Below, piece after piece: positions 46,960-64,000 of a DNA stretch of 64,000 nucleotides. The position numbers and the translations under genes were made by a program. The notes below the pieces were generated by a model. It did no database searches, was not told the DNA's origin, and saw nothing but the letters and a program-made list of their open reading frames with translations. This DNA comes from the human T2T-CHM13v2.0 reference genome, Homo sapiens. The stretch lies in NCBI RefSeq assembly GCF_009914755.1, contig NC_060931.1; one strand, written 5' to 3'. How positions within the stretch are numbered: position 1 is the stretch's first letter; each line of letters starts with the position of its first letter.

Positions 46960-47677
46960 AGGTTTTCTTTTGTTTGTTTTGTATTTTTTGAGACAGGCTG
47001 GAGTGCAGTGGCACATTCACGGCTCACTGCAGCCTTGACCTCCTGGGTTCAAGTGATCGATCCTCCTGCTTCAGCCTCCTGAGTATATTATATAATATCT
47101 ATATTATATGGATATATATTATATAGATATATATCATGTATAATATAGAGATATCTATATTATATAGATATATATTATATAGATATATAATATATAATAT
47201 AGATATATCTATATAATATAGATCTATATTATATAGATATATCAAATATAATATAGATCTCTATTATATAGATATATCATAGATAATATAGATCTATATT
47301 ATATAGATATATCTATATAATATAGATATATATTATATAGCTATATATATGCTATTATATATTATATATACTATAGATCTATATTATATATTATATAGCT
47401 ATAGTATATATAATATAGATCTGTATTATATATAACATATAGCTATATAATATATATAATATAGATCTATATTATATAGATATACATATTATATATATTA
47501 TATATAATATACATCTATATTATATAGATATAATATAGATCTATATTATATAGATATAATATAGATCTATATTATATAGATATACATATTATATATATTA
47601 TATATAATATACATCTATGTTATATAGATATAATATATATATATATCTATATCTCAAGCAGGCCACTGTGCCTGGCC
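46960..47677 (-). mobile_element. AluJ remnant whose centre is replaced by an AT-rich minisatellite
   Basis: Alu right-arm sequence to ~47084 and Alu 5' end GCCACTGTGCCTGGCC at ~47662-47677. Confidence 0.8.
47085..47652. repeat. ~570-bp TA-rich minisatellite (ATAGATCTATATTAT-type units)
   Basis: Directly visible; 47461-47520 recurs at 47561-47620. Confidence 0.95.
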
Positions 47678-48019
47678 TGCTTGCTTCTTTTAACCTATGC
47701 TATTCCTATTTTTACCTTGACCTTAAAGCTGATTGGACTTCATTTTATGAGAGGATGCTGTGGCTTACCCAGGTCATAACCATTAAATTTATCACATTAA
47801 CCAATGTTTAACCATGATCACAGATTACTGAGAATACTGGCAAGAAAATGAGTAACTACAAAATTGCAACAGGTTGTGTGCAATTAAATTTTTTTTTCAA
47901 ATATATTTTAGGTTAACATTAAACATTCCAGTTATAATCTCTATTCTGCAGTTGATGCAGAGTTCGTGTTTTAAAAAAAGAACTGCCTTCACAGAAATGT
48001 GGACTTATATACTTTTATA

Positions 48020-49052
48020 TAATAAACTTTATATTTTTAGAGCCATTTTAGGTTCACAGTAAAACTGAGCAGAAAATAGAGATTTCTGGTACCTCTTGCC
48101 CTCACACATGCACAACCTCCCTCCCTATCAACTTCCCCCACCAGAATGGTGGATTTTTTACAACTGATGAACCAACATTGATGTATTATCACCTGAAGTT
48201 TATAGTTTAGATTACAGTGGGTTTGGACAAATACATAAGGTCATGCATCTTCTGTTACAGTCTCATTCACTGCTGTATTAGTCTGTTCTCACGCTGCTGA
48301 TACCTGAGACTGGGCAATTTACAAAAGAAATAAGTTTAATTGGACTTACAGTTCCACATGGCTGGGGAAGCCTCATAATCATGGTGGAAGGCAAGGAGGA
48401 GCAAATCACGTCTTACATGGATGGCAGCAGGCAAAGAAAGAATGAGAAAGACGCAAAAGCAGAAACCCCTGATAAAACCCTCAGATCCCATGAGACTTAC
48501 TCACTACCATCAGAACAACATGGGGGAAACTGCCCCCATGATTCAATTATCTCCCACCAGGTTCCTCCCACAACACTTGGGGATTATGGGAGTACAATTC
48601 AATTTGAGATTTGGGTGGGGACACAACCAAACCATATCAACTGCCCTAAAAATCCTCTGTGCTCCATCTGTTCCTCCCTTCCTCCTTCCCCACTCCCTTC
48701 CTCCCCCACTCTACTCCTTGGCAACCACTGATCTTTTTACTGTCTCCATAGTTTTGTCCTTTCCAGAATGTCATATATAGTTGGAATCCTACAGTCCGTG
48801 GCCTTTTCAGATTGGCTTCTTTCACTTAGCGATATGCATTTAAGCTTCCTTCAGCCTTTCCATGACTTGATAGCCCATTTCCTTTTAGTGCTGAGTAATA
48901 TTCCATTGTCTGGGTGTACCACAGTTTATTTTTTCATTTACCTACTGGAGGACATCTTGGATGCTTCCAAGTTTGAGCCAATTATGAATACAGCTGCTTA
49001 CCAACATCTGTGTGGATATTTTGTGAGGACCTAAGTTTTCAACTCATTTGGA
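48020..49052 (-). mobile_element. L1MB-like 3' end with nested THE1 LTR
   Basis: TTTTAGGTTCACAGTAAAACTGAGCAGAAA; GGCAACCACTGATCTTTTTACTGTCTCCATAG. Confidence 0.85.
48274..48639 (-). mobile_element. THE1 solo LTR
   Basis: TGTATTAGTC...AAACCATATCA; TSD ACTGC. Confidence 0.92.
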
Positions 49053-49149
49053 TACATATATATATATACACATATATATAATACATACATATATATGCAT
49101 ATATATTTAACCAAAAATTATAATTAAAATATTTTCAAAATGTATTTAA

Positions 49150-49941
<792 letters not shown>

Positions 49942-50519
49942 TCCCTTGCGTTTCTTATACTCTACTTATATATGTATTCTTAAACAACACACTGTATTTT
50001 TGCATGTTTTCAGCTTTATATCAGTGGTATTATACACTGATTATTTTGCAATCTGCCTTCCTCCTCTCCTGCCCCCACCCCTTATATGAGGCTTATGAAA
50101 CGCATCCATATTGAAATGTTCAGTTCCCTCAATTTCATTGCTGTTTTGTGTGCCATTCTATAAACATCCCACAGTCTGGTTTTCTACTTCTTTGTTGATG
50201 GACACTTAGGTTCCTCCCAGATTGTTGCCACAATTGCCAACAATTAGATTACAAACAATATTAACAGAAACATCCTGGTACGTGACAACTCTGGCACTTA
50301 AGCAAAACTTTCTCTGGGACAGTGCTACTCAAAATATGGTCTGAGAACTGTTTGTTTCTAGTAAACCAATGCCCTGCTTCCTTAATCATGAAAATCTTAC
50401 TATGAAACAAACATCAGCTAAACTTGACGTTATGTTGCATAATAAAGTTAATCTACAACATTCTGGTGCAAGTTCTTCCTTCTTATAGCAGAACTGGCGC
50501 TCTGCAAATAAGTGAACCT

Positions 50520-50610
50520 ATATTCTCTCTCCCTCTCTCTCTCTCTCTATATATACACACACACACACATACCTATATATATGTATATATATAAAAAAAA
50601 TTTCATTCCT

Positions 50611-50698
<88 letters not shown>

Positions 50699-50720
50699 AA
50701 TATATCCAGGAATGAAATTA
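50520..50720. repeat. Compound (CT)n/(TA)n/(CA)n/(GA)n microsatellite with a 20-bp perfect inverted repeat
   Basis: AATTTCATTCCTGGATATAT (50599-50618) and its reverse complement at 50700-50719. Confidence 0.95.
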
Positions 50721-51109
<389 letters not shown>

Positions 51110-51349
51110 TAGTACCTAATATCGTAGTGTTAATTCCTACAAATCTGAAATCTTAAGAAACGGGTCTACCTCAAACATTATAGGGCCTGAGACAAGAACA
51201 CAAATGAAACCCCTGAACAATATGTCTAAATATGAAAAAGTTTGAAGTCATGTGAATAAACTGTTAAATATCTTCTATCCTCCTACCTTGACAAAAATGC
51301 TTTTATAACAACCTGGAAGGCCAGGTTCAAATTTACAATTCTCAGATTT

Positions 51350-51648
51350 TTTTTTTTTTTTTTTTTTGAGACGGAGTCTTGCTCTATCGCCCAGGCTGGA
51401 GTGCAATGGCATGGTCTCAGCTCACTGCAACCTCCACCTCCCGGGTTCAAGCAATTCTCCTGCCTCCAGCTTCCCAAGTAGCTGGAATTACAGGTGCGCA
51501 CCATCACGTCCTGCTAATTTTTGTATTTTTAGTAGAGATGGGGTTTCACCATGTTGGTCAGGCTGGTCTCGAAATCCTGACCTCGTGATCCACCCACCTC
51601 GGCCTCCCAAAGTGCTGGGATTACAGGCGTGAGCCACCACGCCCAGCC
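51350..51648 (-). mobile_element. AluS
   Basis: Reverse Alu; TSD AATTCTCAGATTT. Confidence 0.93.
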
Positions 51649-52061
51649 TAGAATTCTCAGATTTCTTAAAGTCCACCCTGGAATGTGGGTGGCTGTGGAG
51701 AGCTGGCCCTTGACCTGCAGCACGACTACTCTCTTCCCATCTCCAGCTCTGCCCTGCACCTCAAGGACCTCCTGAGTGTGTTTACAGACACACAGCTTAC
51801 GCGTCCAAACTCCATCTACACGCCCATAAACAGCCACCCCTTGGCCACTTTGGGAGGACAGGCTGCGTGTAGGAAAGAGCCTCCTCGATCCCTGGAAATG
51901 AACTTAGAGCTGCTTAGAGGATTTCACAGCCCATGCCCCGCAGTTTTGTGGTAGGAAAACAGGCTCCAATGGGCACAACCTCTTCTCTGGGTACCTCTAG
52001 CCATTTGGGGATGGGTAGAACCAGAGGAGGGTCAGAGTTGAGCCTCTAAAATAGGCCCAGA

Positions 52062-52460
<399 letters not shown>

Positions 52461-52605
52461 TCAATGTTTGTTGTTCATGGTACTCATTAAGATAAAAATT
52501 TGTTATGCACCTATATTCATTTCTGCATTTCAATTCTTTATTTTGCCTATATGCATCTTATTTTGTGTTTTCTTTATCCATTTTGCCAGGGTTCTGTCTT
52601 ATTAA

Positions 52606-53924
<1,319 letters not shown>

Positions 53925-54780
53925 AAACTGAGTTTATCTCTAGAATGCTAGAGTGGTTTAGCATTGGAAAATCTATATGAATCTCTCTTTGTCAGTTTAT
54001 CTAATTGAGATTAAAATTATATGATTTTTCTCAGTTTTTATAGAAAAAGCTTCATAAAATTAGTATTAATTCACCATTAAATTATTTTTTTAATGTGAAA
54101 ATAAGATAAAGGGCATCTACAGCAACCATTATATTTAATACCAAAATGTTGAAGGCATTATCTCTAAGATTGATAATAATAAGTTAAGGGTGGGTCACGG
54201 TGGCTCAGACCTGTAAACCCAGCCACTTCGGGAGGCCAACGCAGGTGGATCACTTGATGTCCGGAGTTCAAGACCAGCCTAGCCAACATAGTGAAACCCC
54301 ATCTCTACTAAAAATACAAAAACTAGCCAGGCGTGGTGGTGCATCTCTGTAATCCCAGCTACTCGGGGAGGCTGAGACATGAGAATTGCTTGAACCCAGG
54401 AGGTGGAGGTTACAATGAGCCAAGATTGTGCCACTGCACTTCAGCCTAGGCAACAGAGCAAGACTTCATCTCAAAAAATAAAAAATAAAAGTCAAGGATT
54501 CCTGCTATCAACACTTCTATTCACAATTGTACCAAAAATCCTGGCCAGGGCAGTAAGGCAAGAAAAAGAAACAAAAGTCATAGGAATTGGAAAAGAAAAA
54601 ACAAAACTGCCTTTATCCACTGATGATGTAATTGTCTGCCTAAAAATTCCAAAAATAATCTAAAGATAAACTGTTGTATTAATTTTAACATTTATCGAAG
54701 CTGTTGGATACAAAATAAGTATGTGAACTCAATTACATGTCTATCTACCAGCCAGTTAGAAAAGTAATATATTTTTAAAA
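53925..54780 (+). mobile_element. Old L1M ORF2 (RT) fragment with AluS at 54188-54490
   Basis: ORF 54403-54663 tail [34 protein letters not shown] resembles L1 RT. Confidence 0.85.
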
Positions 54781-55173
54781 GAGTCATCCTTTCCAGATTC
54801 CTACAGGATAATGGCTACTTCTTAAGTCTGAAATTCTCCATTTATTCTCCAAAAGGCATAAAGATCAACAAGAAAAGCAAATGAAACCATCCCAAAAAGC
54901 CTGTCAACATCATCACAAAGAGAACGCTACAAATGTCCATTTACATGCAAGGAAGGAAATAAAGATACAAAATCAGCAGACCCAGCCCCAGAGCCCACAC
55001 TGAAGCAGTCAGATGAGAACACACAGAAATGAGGAGAGGAAAGCCAGGTTCCTAGCGGTGGCAGAACACAAATAAAACATCACACCCAGAATGAAAGGGT
55101 CTTGCTCAGGATGGGGGAAATCTCAGAAGAGCTCTGAGACCAGGCTGATCTGGCTACTAAAGAATCAAAAGGA

Positions 55174-55390
55174 GGCCAGACTCGGTGGCTCATGCCTGTA
55201 ATCCCAGCACTTTGGGAGGCCAGGAGCTCGAGACCAGCCTGGCCAACATGGTGAAACCCCATCCCCACTAAAAATACAAAAATTGGCCGAAAATCGCTTG
55301 AACTTGGGAGGCAGAGGCTGCAATGAGCCAAGATCATGCCACTGCACTCCAGCCTGGGCAACAGAGCGAGACTCTGTCTCCAAAAAAAGA
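55174..55390 (+). mobile_element. Alu with two internal deletions
   Basis: Shortened left and right arms; TSD AGAATCAAAAGGA. Confidence 0.88.
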
Positions 55391-55739
55391 GAATCAAAAG
55401 GAAGAAAGGTACTGTAGAGTGTGCAGGATCCGGGATGCAGCATTAGGACAGCACTGCTTCTGAGTGAGAGTTTGGAAGAGGAGGCATCTATTGAAGTGAA
55501 AAGAGAAAGTCAAGCAGTGGAAATTATGGATCCCACAGAAACAAAGAAGTCATAAAATTGGAAATACACTGACCTTCCCAGGCACCAGAAAATAAGTCAT
55601 TTGTTAAAGAACCTGTACTTCACTGTACCAACAGGAGAGAGCCTTCTTAAACTAAGAAACCTCATCAGTCATTCAAATCCCTCACTCACTCCATAGACAC
55701 ATGTGTTAATGGCTGATCAAGAAAAATTCAAGACACTTT

Positions 55740-56600
<861 letters not shown>

Positions 56601-56825
56601 CAAGACACTTTAAAATAAACAGAAGAAGGCAGGCAACCTCCATAGGAAGTTACTACAAGAAGAAAACAGGAAGAATCCAAATTTTTCCACCAATAAAAAT
56701 ATTTCCAAAAAAAGGCAGAGAAAAACTATATAGCACATGCTTCAACATGAATTAAATATAATTAAACTAGCAGCAATGTATATACACACATACAAAAAAA
56801 CATGAATAAAAAAACTCCTAATAGA

Positions 56826-57007
56826 GGCTGAACACGGTGGCTCACGCCTGTACTCTCAGCTCTTCGGGATGCCAAGTTGGGTGGATCACCTGAGGTCAGG
56901 AGTTCAAGACCAGCCTGGCCAACATGGTGAAACCCCATTTCTACTAGAAATACAAAAATTAGTCAGGCATGGTGGCACACACCTGTAGTCACAGCTACAA
57001 ACAAAGA
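56826..57007 (+). mobile_element. 3'-truncated Alu with TSD
   Basis: Ends at AGCTAC (56998) with short A-rich tail; TSD AAAAACTCCTAATAGA. Confidence 0.88.
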
Positions 57008-57169
57008 AAAAACTCCTAATAGAAAAAGACAAAAATGAGATGTAAAACAATTTATTTAGCTCAGAAAAGAAAGTGCAAGAAAAGACAAAATCATCTCAGG
57101 AATTAAGACCAAATTACAAGGTGTTCAGAGGAGAATAGTGGAATAAAAGCATCCAAGACAGTGAGCAAT

Positions 57170-57795
57170 AGTGACCTACCCAGCTATGCCCATCATTAAG
57201 CCATTGGTGTCTCAGCTCCAACTCCTCCCTTCTATGCTCAGCTTTGTGATGTCAGGGCAACTACAACTGCATTTTGCTTTGCCAGCTGGACCCAGGTTGG
57301 CCTTTGGCAAGAAGGGGAGCAAAAGGGAGACTGCAAGGCTAGAGGAGGAGGAAAGGATGAGTTTCCTCCTGTCTGCTCACTGCTCCTGTGAGTATCATCC
57401 TAGCAATGCTTCTTCACCCCGGCAGCAGCACTTCCTTTCTGCAGAAGCTTTTGAATGTGGTTTGCAGTTTGCAGTTTTTCTAGCACTTGCAGACCTGACC
57501 TCATACGGCCCATCTCATATTCACCAGAACCAGTGCAGAGCCCCCACCTTGAAGGTCTGAGTTTTAGCTCCAGGTGCCCCACCTCTAAGTTCCTACTTGT
57601 TCCCTTTCTTATTGTTTCTTTAACCCTGGGAGTGGACGCTGCAGTTGCTACCTCTATGAGACCTTAGAGTTCTCTTTTTATCCTGTTACAACTTTATAAT
57701 GAACACATTTTTACCTAGTTAACACTTTTTATATTAAATTCTTACTGTTCAGCTAACTTGTGTGTATACTATCTCTTGGCCAGACCCTGACTACA
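57170..57795 (+). mobile_element. Old ERVL LTR (LTR33/LTR41-like)
   Basis: End ATATTAAATTC..TCTCTTGGCCAGACCCTGACTACA typical of this group. Confidence 0.6.
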
Positions 57796-58195
57796 CTGGT
57801 GAACTTAAATAGAAAACTAACTTCTTGAAATGATCCTGGGTGGTTTATAGGATAAACAGAATGGCCTGAGAACGAGGCTTAAACAGATGGAAGCCCAGCC
57901 ATGTTCATCCTGCAGGAATCATCTGGGCAAGACAAGCTCCTAATGCCTTTCACATTGCTGCACCCACCATCACCACCACAAATCCCAACATGCAGAAGAT
58001 TATGAACAGACAGATAAGGCTCGCTCTGCAGATAGGTAGGGACAGGACAGTAAAGAAATTCGGAGGCAAGTTTTTAGACAGTTACACTTTTCTTAGATTC
58101 ATCTCTCCAAAAAATATTTATCAAGTACCTTCTATGTGCTAGGCATCAGAAGGGAACAAAAATAAATGACATGGATCTTGTCTTAAAATCTAGAC

Positions 58196-58345
58196 CACTG
58201 TTTCTCAACATTAGAATTTATCAAAATCTGGGATACTGTCAAAAATACCTCACCTCTGGAGATGCTGGGTCATTGCAGCGGGTGTGGAACCTACAACATA
58301 TACTTTTTAACAAGCATCCCAGGTGATGCTGAAGTTGGTAGCCCA
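58196..58345. mobile_element. MER5-like hAT DNA transposon
   Basis: CACTGTTTCTCAAC ... TTTAACAAGCATCCCAGGTGATGCTG ... CACTTTGAGAAACATTG. Confidence 0.75.
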
Positions 58346-58408
58346 CAGACCACTTTGAGAAACATTGATATTACAAACAAAAAAAAATATGCAGCAGACA
58401 CAAAATCA

Positions 58409-58807
58409 TGTGTAGGGGAAGAAAAATCATTGTTTCCTCAATCCTCATAGGTCTTTTAAAAACAAACAAACAAAAACGGAGTCTTGCTCTGTTGCCCAGG
58501 CTGGAGTATAGTGGCGTGATCTCAGCTCACTGCATCACTGCAACCTCCACCTCCCAGGTTCAAGTGATTCTCCTGCCTCAGCCTCCCAGGAAGCTGGGAT
58601 TACAGGCACCCACCACCATGCCCAGCTAATTTTTGTATTTTTAGTAGAGACGGGATTTCGTCACGTTGGCCAGGCTGGTCTCGAACTCTTGACCTCAGGT
58701 GATCCACCCACGTTGGCCTCCCAAAGTGCTGGGATGACAGGCGTGAGCCACCGCGTCTGGCCACCTCATAAGGTTCTTAGTTGGAATAGACCCCATTTAA
58801 AAAAAAA

Positions 58808-58850
<43 letters not shown>

Positions 58851-59345
58851 AAAAACAAGTTTATTTACATGTATATTTCACATCTACATGGCAGACACCC
58901 AGGAAAGGAGTAGTTCTCATGGCAGACACCCAGGGAAGGAGTAGTTCTCAAAGAAATAGCTTTGAATTCCAGCTTGTATAGCATCTTCAACAAAGAATAG
59001 TGATTTTTAGAGAAGTGACAGGACAAAGGAAAAGGACTTTGGGTCTCTAGAGGGGACTTCTCTGCGGGGAAGCAAGTAACCGGCAGATAAAAGCGAGTTG
59101 GTAAAGCATGTTCAGGTAGATTCCTCTGGCTCCTACTCCTGGCAGATAATGGTCTAAAACTGTCTTCAGTGGTTAACCTTTGTTCTCCCTGGTAAAAGAC
59201 AGGGGCAGGATGTCTTTTATCTTGTAAATCTCTGTCCTGCATTTAAGCAAATGGAGGGCAGAGAGCTTTCCTGCATCTGTTTCTTCTTAATTGTCTTCAG
59301 CTCAACAATCCTCCTTTTGGAGTGGCATGTTCTGGACTCCCACAC
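58409..59345 (-). mobile_element. ERV1 LTR (MER34-like) with nested reverse Alu (58478-58762) and (CA)n (58810-58847)
   Basis: Reverse begins TGTGGGAGTCCAGAACATGCCACTCCAAAA. Confidence 0.6.
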
Positions 59346-60029
59346 ATGTCTGGAAGCAATGGTCAATTTCCCTAGAATGTAGATTTATTGATTAAAAAGA
59401 GACAAGGAAGAATTTCTTAGGAGGTCAGTTTTATGCCACTACAGGACTTCAGAAAAAGAACAGATCCTTCCTGCTTGATTTTAGGCAATAAATGCTTCCT
59501 ATCTGACTGATCAGAAGACCACAGCCTTTAGAAAATATGACTCAAAAAATATTTTTCTTTGAGTTTTTTGACCAACCTTAAAAAAAAGTCCTGCAGGATA
59601 TTTTCACTTAGGAACCACCAACAAACGTATTTTTTGTCTGTTACCACAAGAAAGCGTATCGGGTTTAAATATGTTTCTTTAATCGTACCCAGGCGAGCCT
59701 GACACTTATACTCTTTTGTATTCCTATATTCTTTCTTCCTCTTAATACATTTTTCTTCCTTCTTTCCTGGCTCCAAACCCCTAGTTTTCTCCCTTTCCTA
59801 ATTGATGATTTTTTTCAATTCTTCAGCCACAGGTGCCCGATAAAATGGCCTTCAATCTCTGCCTTTACTTCCAGCGTATTACCTCACTCCCTCTCAAACG
59901 CCAATTAAAGGCTTTGTCCATTCCTGCTTAAAAAAATAGATGAAGGAAAATGAGATCTTTCTACCCAGAAAGACAAGTGCTTGGAAATTGCTAATTAGGT
60001 AACCAGAAATTCTGTCAATAATGAGCCCC

Positions 60030-60714
<685 letters not shown>

Positions 60715-61269
60715 TTGCAAGGAAAGGCAAAACAAATCTCACTGTGAATGTGGCTTGTCCATTTGCTGTAAAAACAGCCCTATTGCCTCCCTAGTGTGAA
60801 GCATCAGGTCCCGCTAAGAATGCTGGGTGGAAAGGCCTCTTTTGGAAACATGGCTTTGCTTTGGCAAATATTGTTGCTGATCTACCTGGGATAAGAGCTT
60901 AAGGTTCATTCTTACCTTGAGGAAGCAAAGGGGTTTTCATGTGTGTGAAATAGAAAATACCTTTCACGTTGCAAAGACGTTATTTTGAAAAAAAAAAAAA
61001 AAAATCAGGCCCAATGTAATGGAGAAGAGGTAGCACATCAACAAGATTCTGGAATAAATACAGTACTAACTCCCATCCCCCTGAGTACTAGCTACTAGTA
61101 AAATGAGATATCATGTTTCAGGCTTGACAGGGTCTCTGTTACAAACCATTCTTACATTCCTGGGCACAGAGCTAGTCTAAACATTCATAGAGCTCTTCAA
61201 TTATATTTTGGCTCTTATATCAGCAGAGTTGAAGAGGAAAACAATGGCAGGGCATATGGGCCTCCTTTC

Positions 61270-61755
61270 ACATACAGAGTAACAGAAACCCCAACTCAAA
61301 GGTCTTTTCAAAAAGGAAATATACTTATTCATAAAAAGAGAATTTCAGAGATAAAGCAGACTTTAGGTTACCCTCAGTGATGTTAGCAACAGCTCAGATT
61401 TTCAAATCCCAGCCCACAATCTATACTGACATCTTCATCTTGAAGTTGGCTGTCCTCCTAGGTGTAAAGTGGTTGCCAATAACAACTGGACTTTCTCTCT
61501 AAGGAGGGAGGAAGGACTTCCTTGGAAATCACAAGCAAATCTCTCCCCGAGGCTCTGCAGCCACAACTTGGTCACATTTCCATTTCTAAACCAATTCTTG
61601 ACAAAAGGGAACATATTATCCTTAAATTATTTCAGCCCAGGATAAGCTTTCCCTCTGATACTTGGCCGCTTAGTGGAGGGTGGAGGGTTGGAAAAAGTCA
61701 GGCCTCTGTTACAGGAAGAAGGAGAAATGCTGAGTGGGTTACCAACAGTGTCCCC
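61270..61755 (-). mobile_element. Old MLT1 LTR
   Basis: AGTAACAGAAACCCCAACTCAAA start; GGGTTACCAACAGTGTC end. Confidence 0.6.
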
Positions 61756-62061
61756 CACCTGGAGGGGGAGTCTTCGCTGAGTAGGAGCTTGAAATGGCTA
61801 AGTTAAAAACGGAAGTACATCTGAGGACCCTTCCAACTAGCAGATTCCAAGAAGACTCAATAATGCCTGATCCCAAATCCATTCTGAGCTGAGGCACTGT
61901 GTAACATCAGGAAACTGTGCAGGTTCTGCAAGAGGCACAAAGATAAATAAAAATGGTTCCATCTGGACTTTATTGCACAGTGAGAGTCATATGAGGTATC
62001 TGTAAACAACAAGAAAAGGTAGAATCACTTTGTGGGAAGTTTGATCCACAAGTAAGACTTC

Positions 62062-62512
62062 TGTGATGGTTAATTCTGTCGACTTGATTGGATTGAAGGA
62101 TGCAAAGTATTGATCCTGGGTGTGTCTGTCAGGGTGTTGCCAAAGGAGATTAACTTTTGAGTCAGTGGGCTGGGAAAGGCAGACCACCCTTAATATGGGT
62201 GGGCACCATCTAATCAGCTGCCAGCACAGCTAGAATATAGAGCAGGCAGAAAAATGTGAAAAGACTAGACTGGCCTAGCTTCCCAGCCTACCTCTTTCTC
62301 TCGTGCTCGATGCTTCCTGCCCTTGAACATCAGACTCCGAGTTCTTCAGTTTTGGGACTCGGACTGGCTGTCCTTTCTCCTCAGCTTCCAGACAGCCTAT
62401 TGTGGAGCCTTGTGAGCATGTGAGTTATTACTTAATAAACTCCCCTTCATATAATATTTTATATGTGTATATATATCCTATTAGTTCTGTCGCTCTGGGG
62501 AACCCTAATACA
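62062..62512 (+). mobile_element. MLT2A-like solo LTR
   Basis: TGTGATGGTTAAT...AACCCTAATACA; TSD ACTTC. Confidence 0.92.
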
Positions 62513-63040
62513 ACTTCCGAGGAGGGAGATCACTTCTGAGCAAATTATGAGGAATGGCAGCAAGAAGAAGGTGGCTTCTGAGCTGAGCCTTGTGAGAGAT
62601 CAAATTTTACATAGTATGGGGGACAAGCATTCCTGGGTAAAGGGACAGCAATGGGGCAGGGCTAGTTAAAAAACAAGATGAGAGCATTATCTTCAGTGTA
62701 AATTGCTCCCCCACCAAAAGGACAAAGTGTCTGACTCACCACCTAGTGACTTCACTGGATGTTCTCCTTCTGCTCCACAATCCACCCCTCATTCTTCTCC
62801 ACCTTCTTGTTCTATGGCCCCAGAGGCTGGCCTTATGGACTGTATCAACTAGGCCACCTTGTTCCTGGTGTGAATTGGGTTCGACTAAGATGGTATGGGC
62901 AGGAGATGGCAGAGTGAGAGGAAAGAGAGTTGGAGGTATGATTCCTCCAGCGTGCTCCTTGCCAGACTATAGGTGGGCAGTAGCCATATTCCTCTAGCAA
63001 AAGCTATGGCTTTCCCCAAACAGCCCTTCCCTATAACTAG

Positions 63041-63852
63041 TGACATGGGAGTTGGGCAGGGAAGTGCTGGGTAGAGAAGGGCCAGGTCCCTGGTGAGGGC
63101 TCCACCCTCAAGCCTGTGCCACAGATCTAAGTGGGAACAGGCACTCCTGTTTTCATGACTGAATGTTGCATTTTCCAAGACCACCCTGGCCAACCAAGCC
63201 CCCCATCCTGTACCCATATAAACCCAAGACCTTAGTGGGTACACACACAAGCAGCTGAATGTCGAGACCAGCAGACCAGTGACAGCAGAACGATGCAGCA
63301 GAGAAGAAAAAGAGGGACGTCTTGATGCCGAGGGAAGGTCGGCCAGGGGTGGTTGGAGAAGGGTCCGGCTGCTGGGCAGCCCAACTCCAGGGAAAGATTA
63401 TTTCCCCCACCCCTCCAACTTCCGGCTCCCCATCCATGTTGCTGAGTGCCGCCTCCATCACTCAATAAAAACTTGCACTTATCCTTCGAGCCCATGTGTG
63501 ATCCGATTCTTCTGGGACACTGGGCCAGAGCTCAGGGAACAGAGGCTGTCACACTGGCCCTCTGCCCTTGCAATAAGGCAGAGGGTCCATTGAGCTGATT
63601 AGCACACAAGCCATCTGCAGATGGCAAATCTGAAAGAGCTTGGGTTACACGTGCCCACCTGGGCTTTGGGAGTTGCAGACACCCACCCCTAGACATTGCT
63701 GCGGGGCCAAGAGCCCAAAGCATTCATCCTGGCATCTGCACCTGCCAGTCTGCATGCTCCCCCTAGGGGTTTGAGCTGCAGGGCAACCAAGCAGGTGAGC
63801 CACACCTGTGTTGCATGTGCTGCAGGGGGAATCAGGGAACGCTCCCATTTCA
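63041..63852 (+). mobile_element. LTR1-like ERV1 solo LTR nested in an older ERVL LTR (~62750-63990)
   Basis: TG...CA, 812 bp, TATA and AATAAA, TSD CTAG. Confidence 0.8.
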
Positions 63853-64000
63853 CTAGCTTTCAGTACCTGCTCCCTCCCTGTCCACCACACTGGAATAGCA
63901 ACCTTGCAGCATTGCCAGCCCTGGGGGCTTCATTATAATGCCTGGTTTCCTTGCACTATCAGTGCCTCTATAGAAAAGGCGCTTGATTAAATTCTCCCCA

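Overview
Primate (human-like; AluY present) genomic DNA, dominated by interspersed repeats: about 40 Alus, a near full-length minus-strand L1PA, old L1M/L2 pieces, several solo LTRs (LTR8 x2, MER41, THE1/MST, MLT1/MLT2, LTR1-like), an ERVL relic and DNA transposons. I find no intact protein-coding gene. A processed RPL32 pseudogene sits inside an Alu, and a tailless tRNA-Ile half is retroposed at 29.4 kb. The main hidden signal is in the AT-rich unique stretches at 16.7-20.0 kb (+) and 24.3-26.9 kb (-). Translated by hand across stops and frameshifts, they give a collinear series of motifs matching DCDC1 (doublecortin plus ricin-B-type repeats). This suggests a heavily decayed, apparently intron-poor DCDC1-like gene fossil whose two halves now face each other, consistent with an ~8 kb inversion with truncated LTRs at both breakpoints. 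The DCDC1 comparison uses the protein sequence from memory and needs a translated search to confirm. Repeat subfamily names are by eye, and boundaries are approximate unless a TSD is given.
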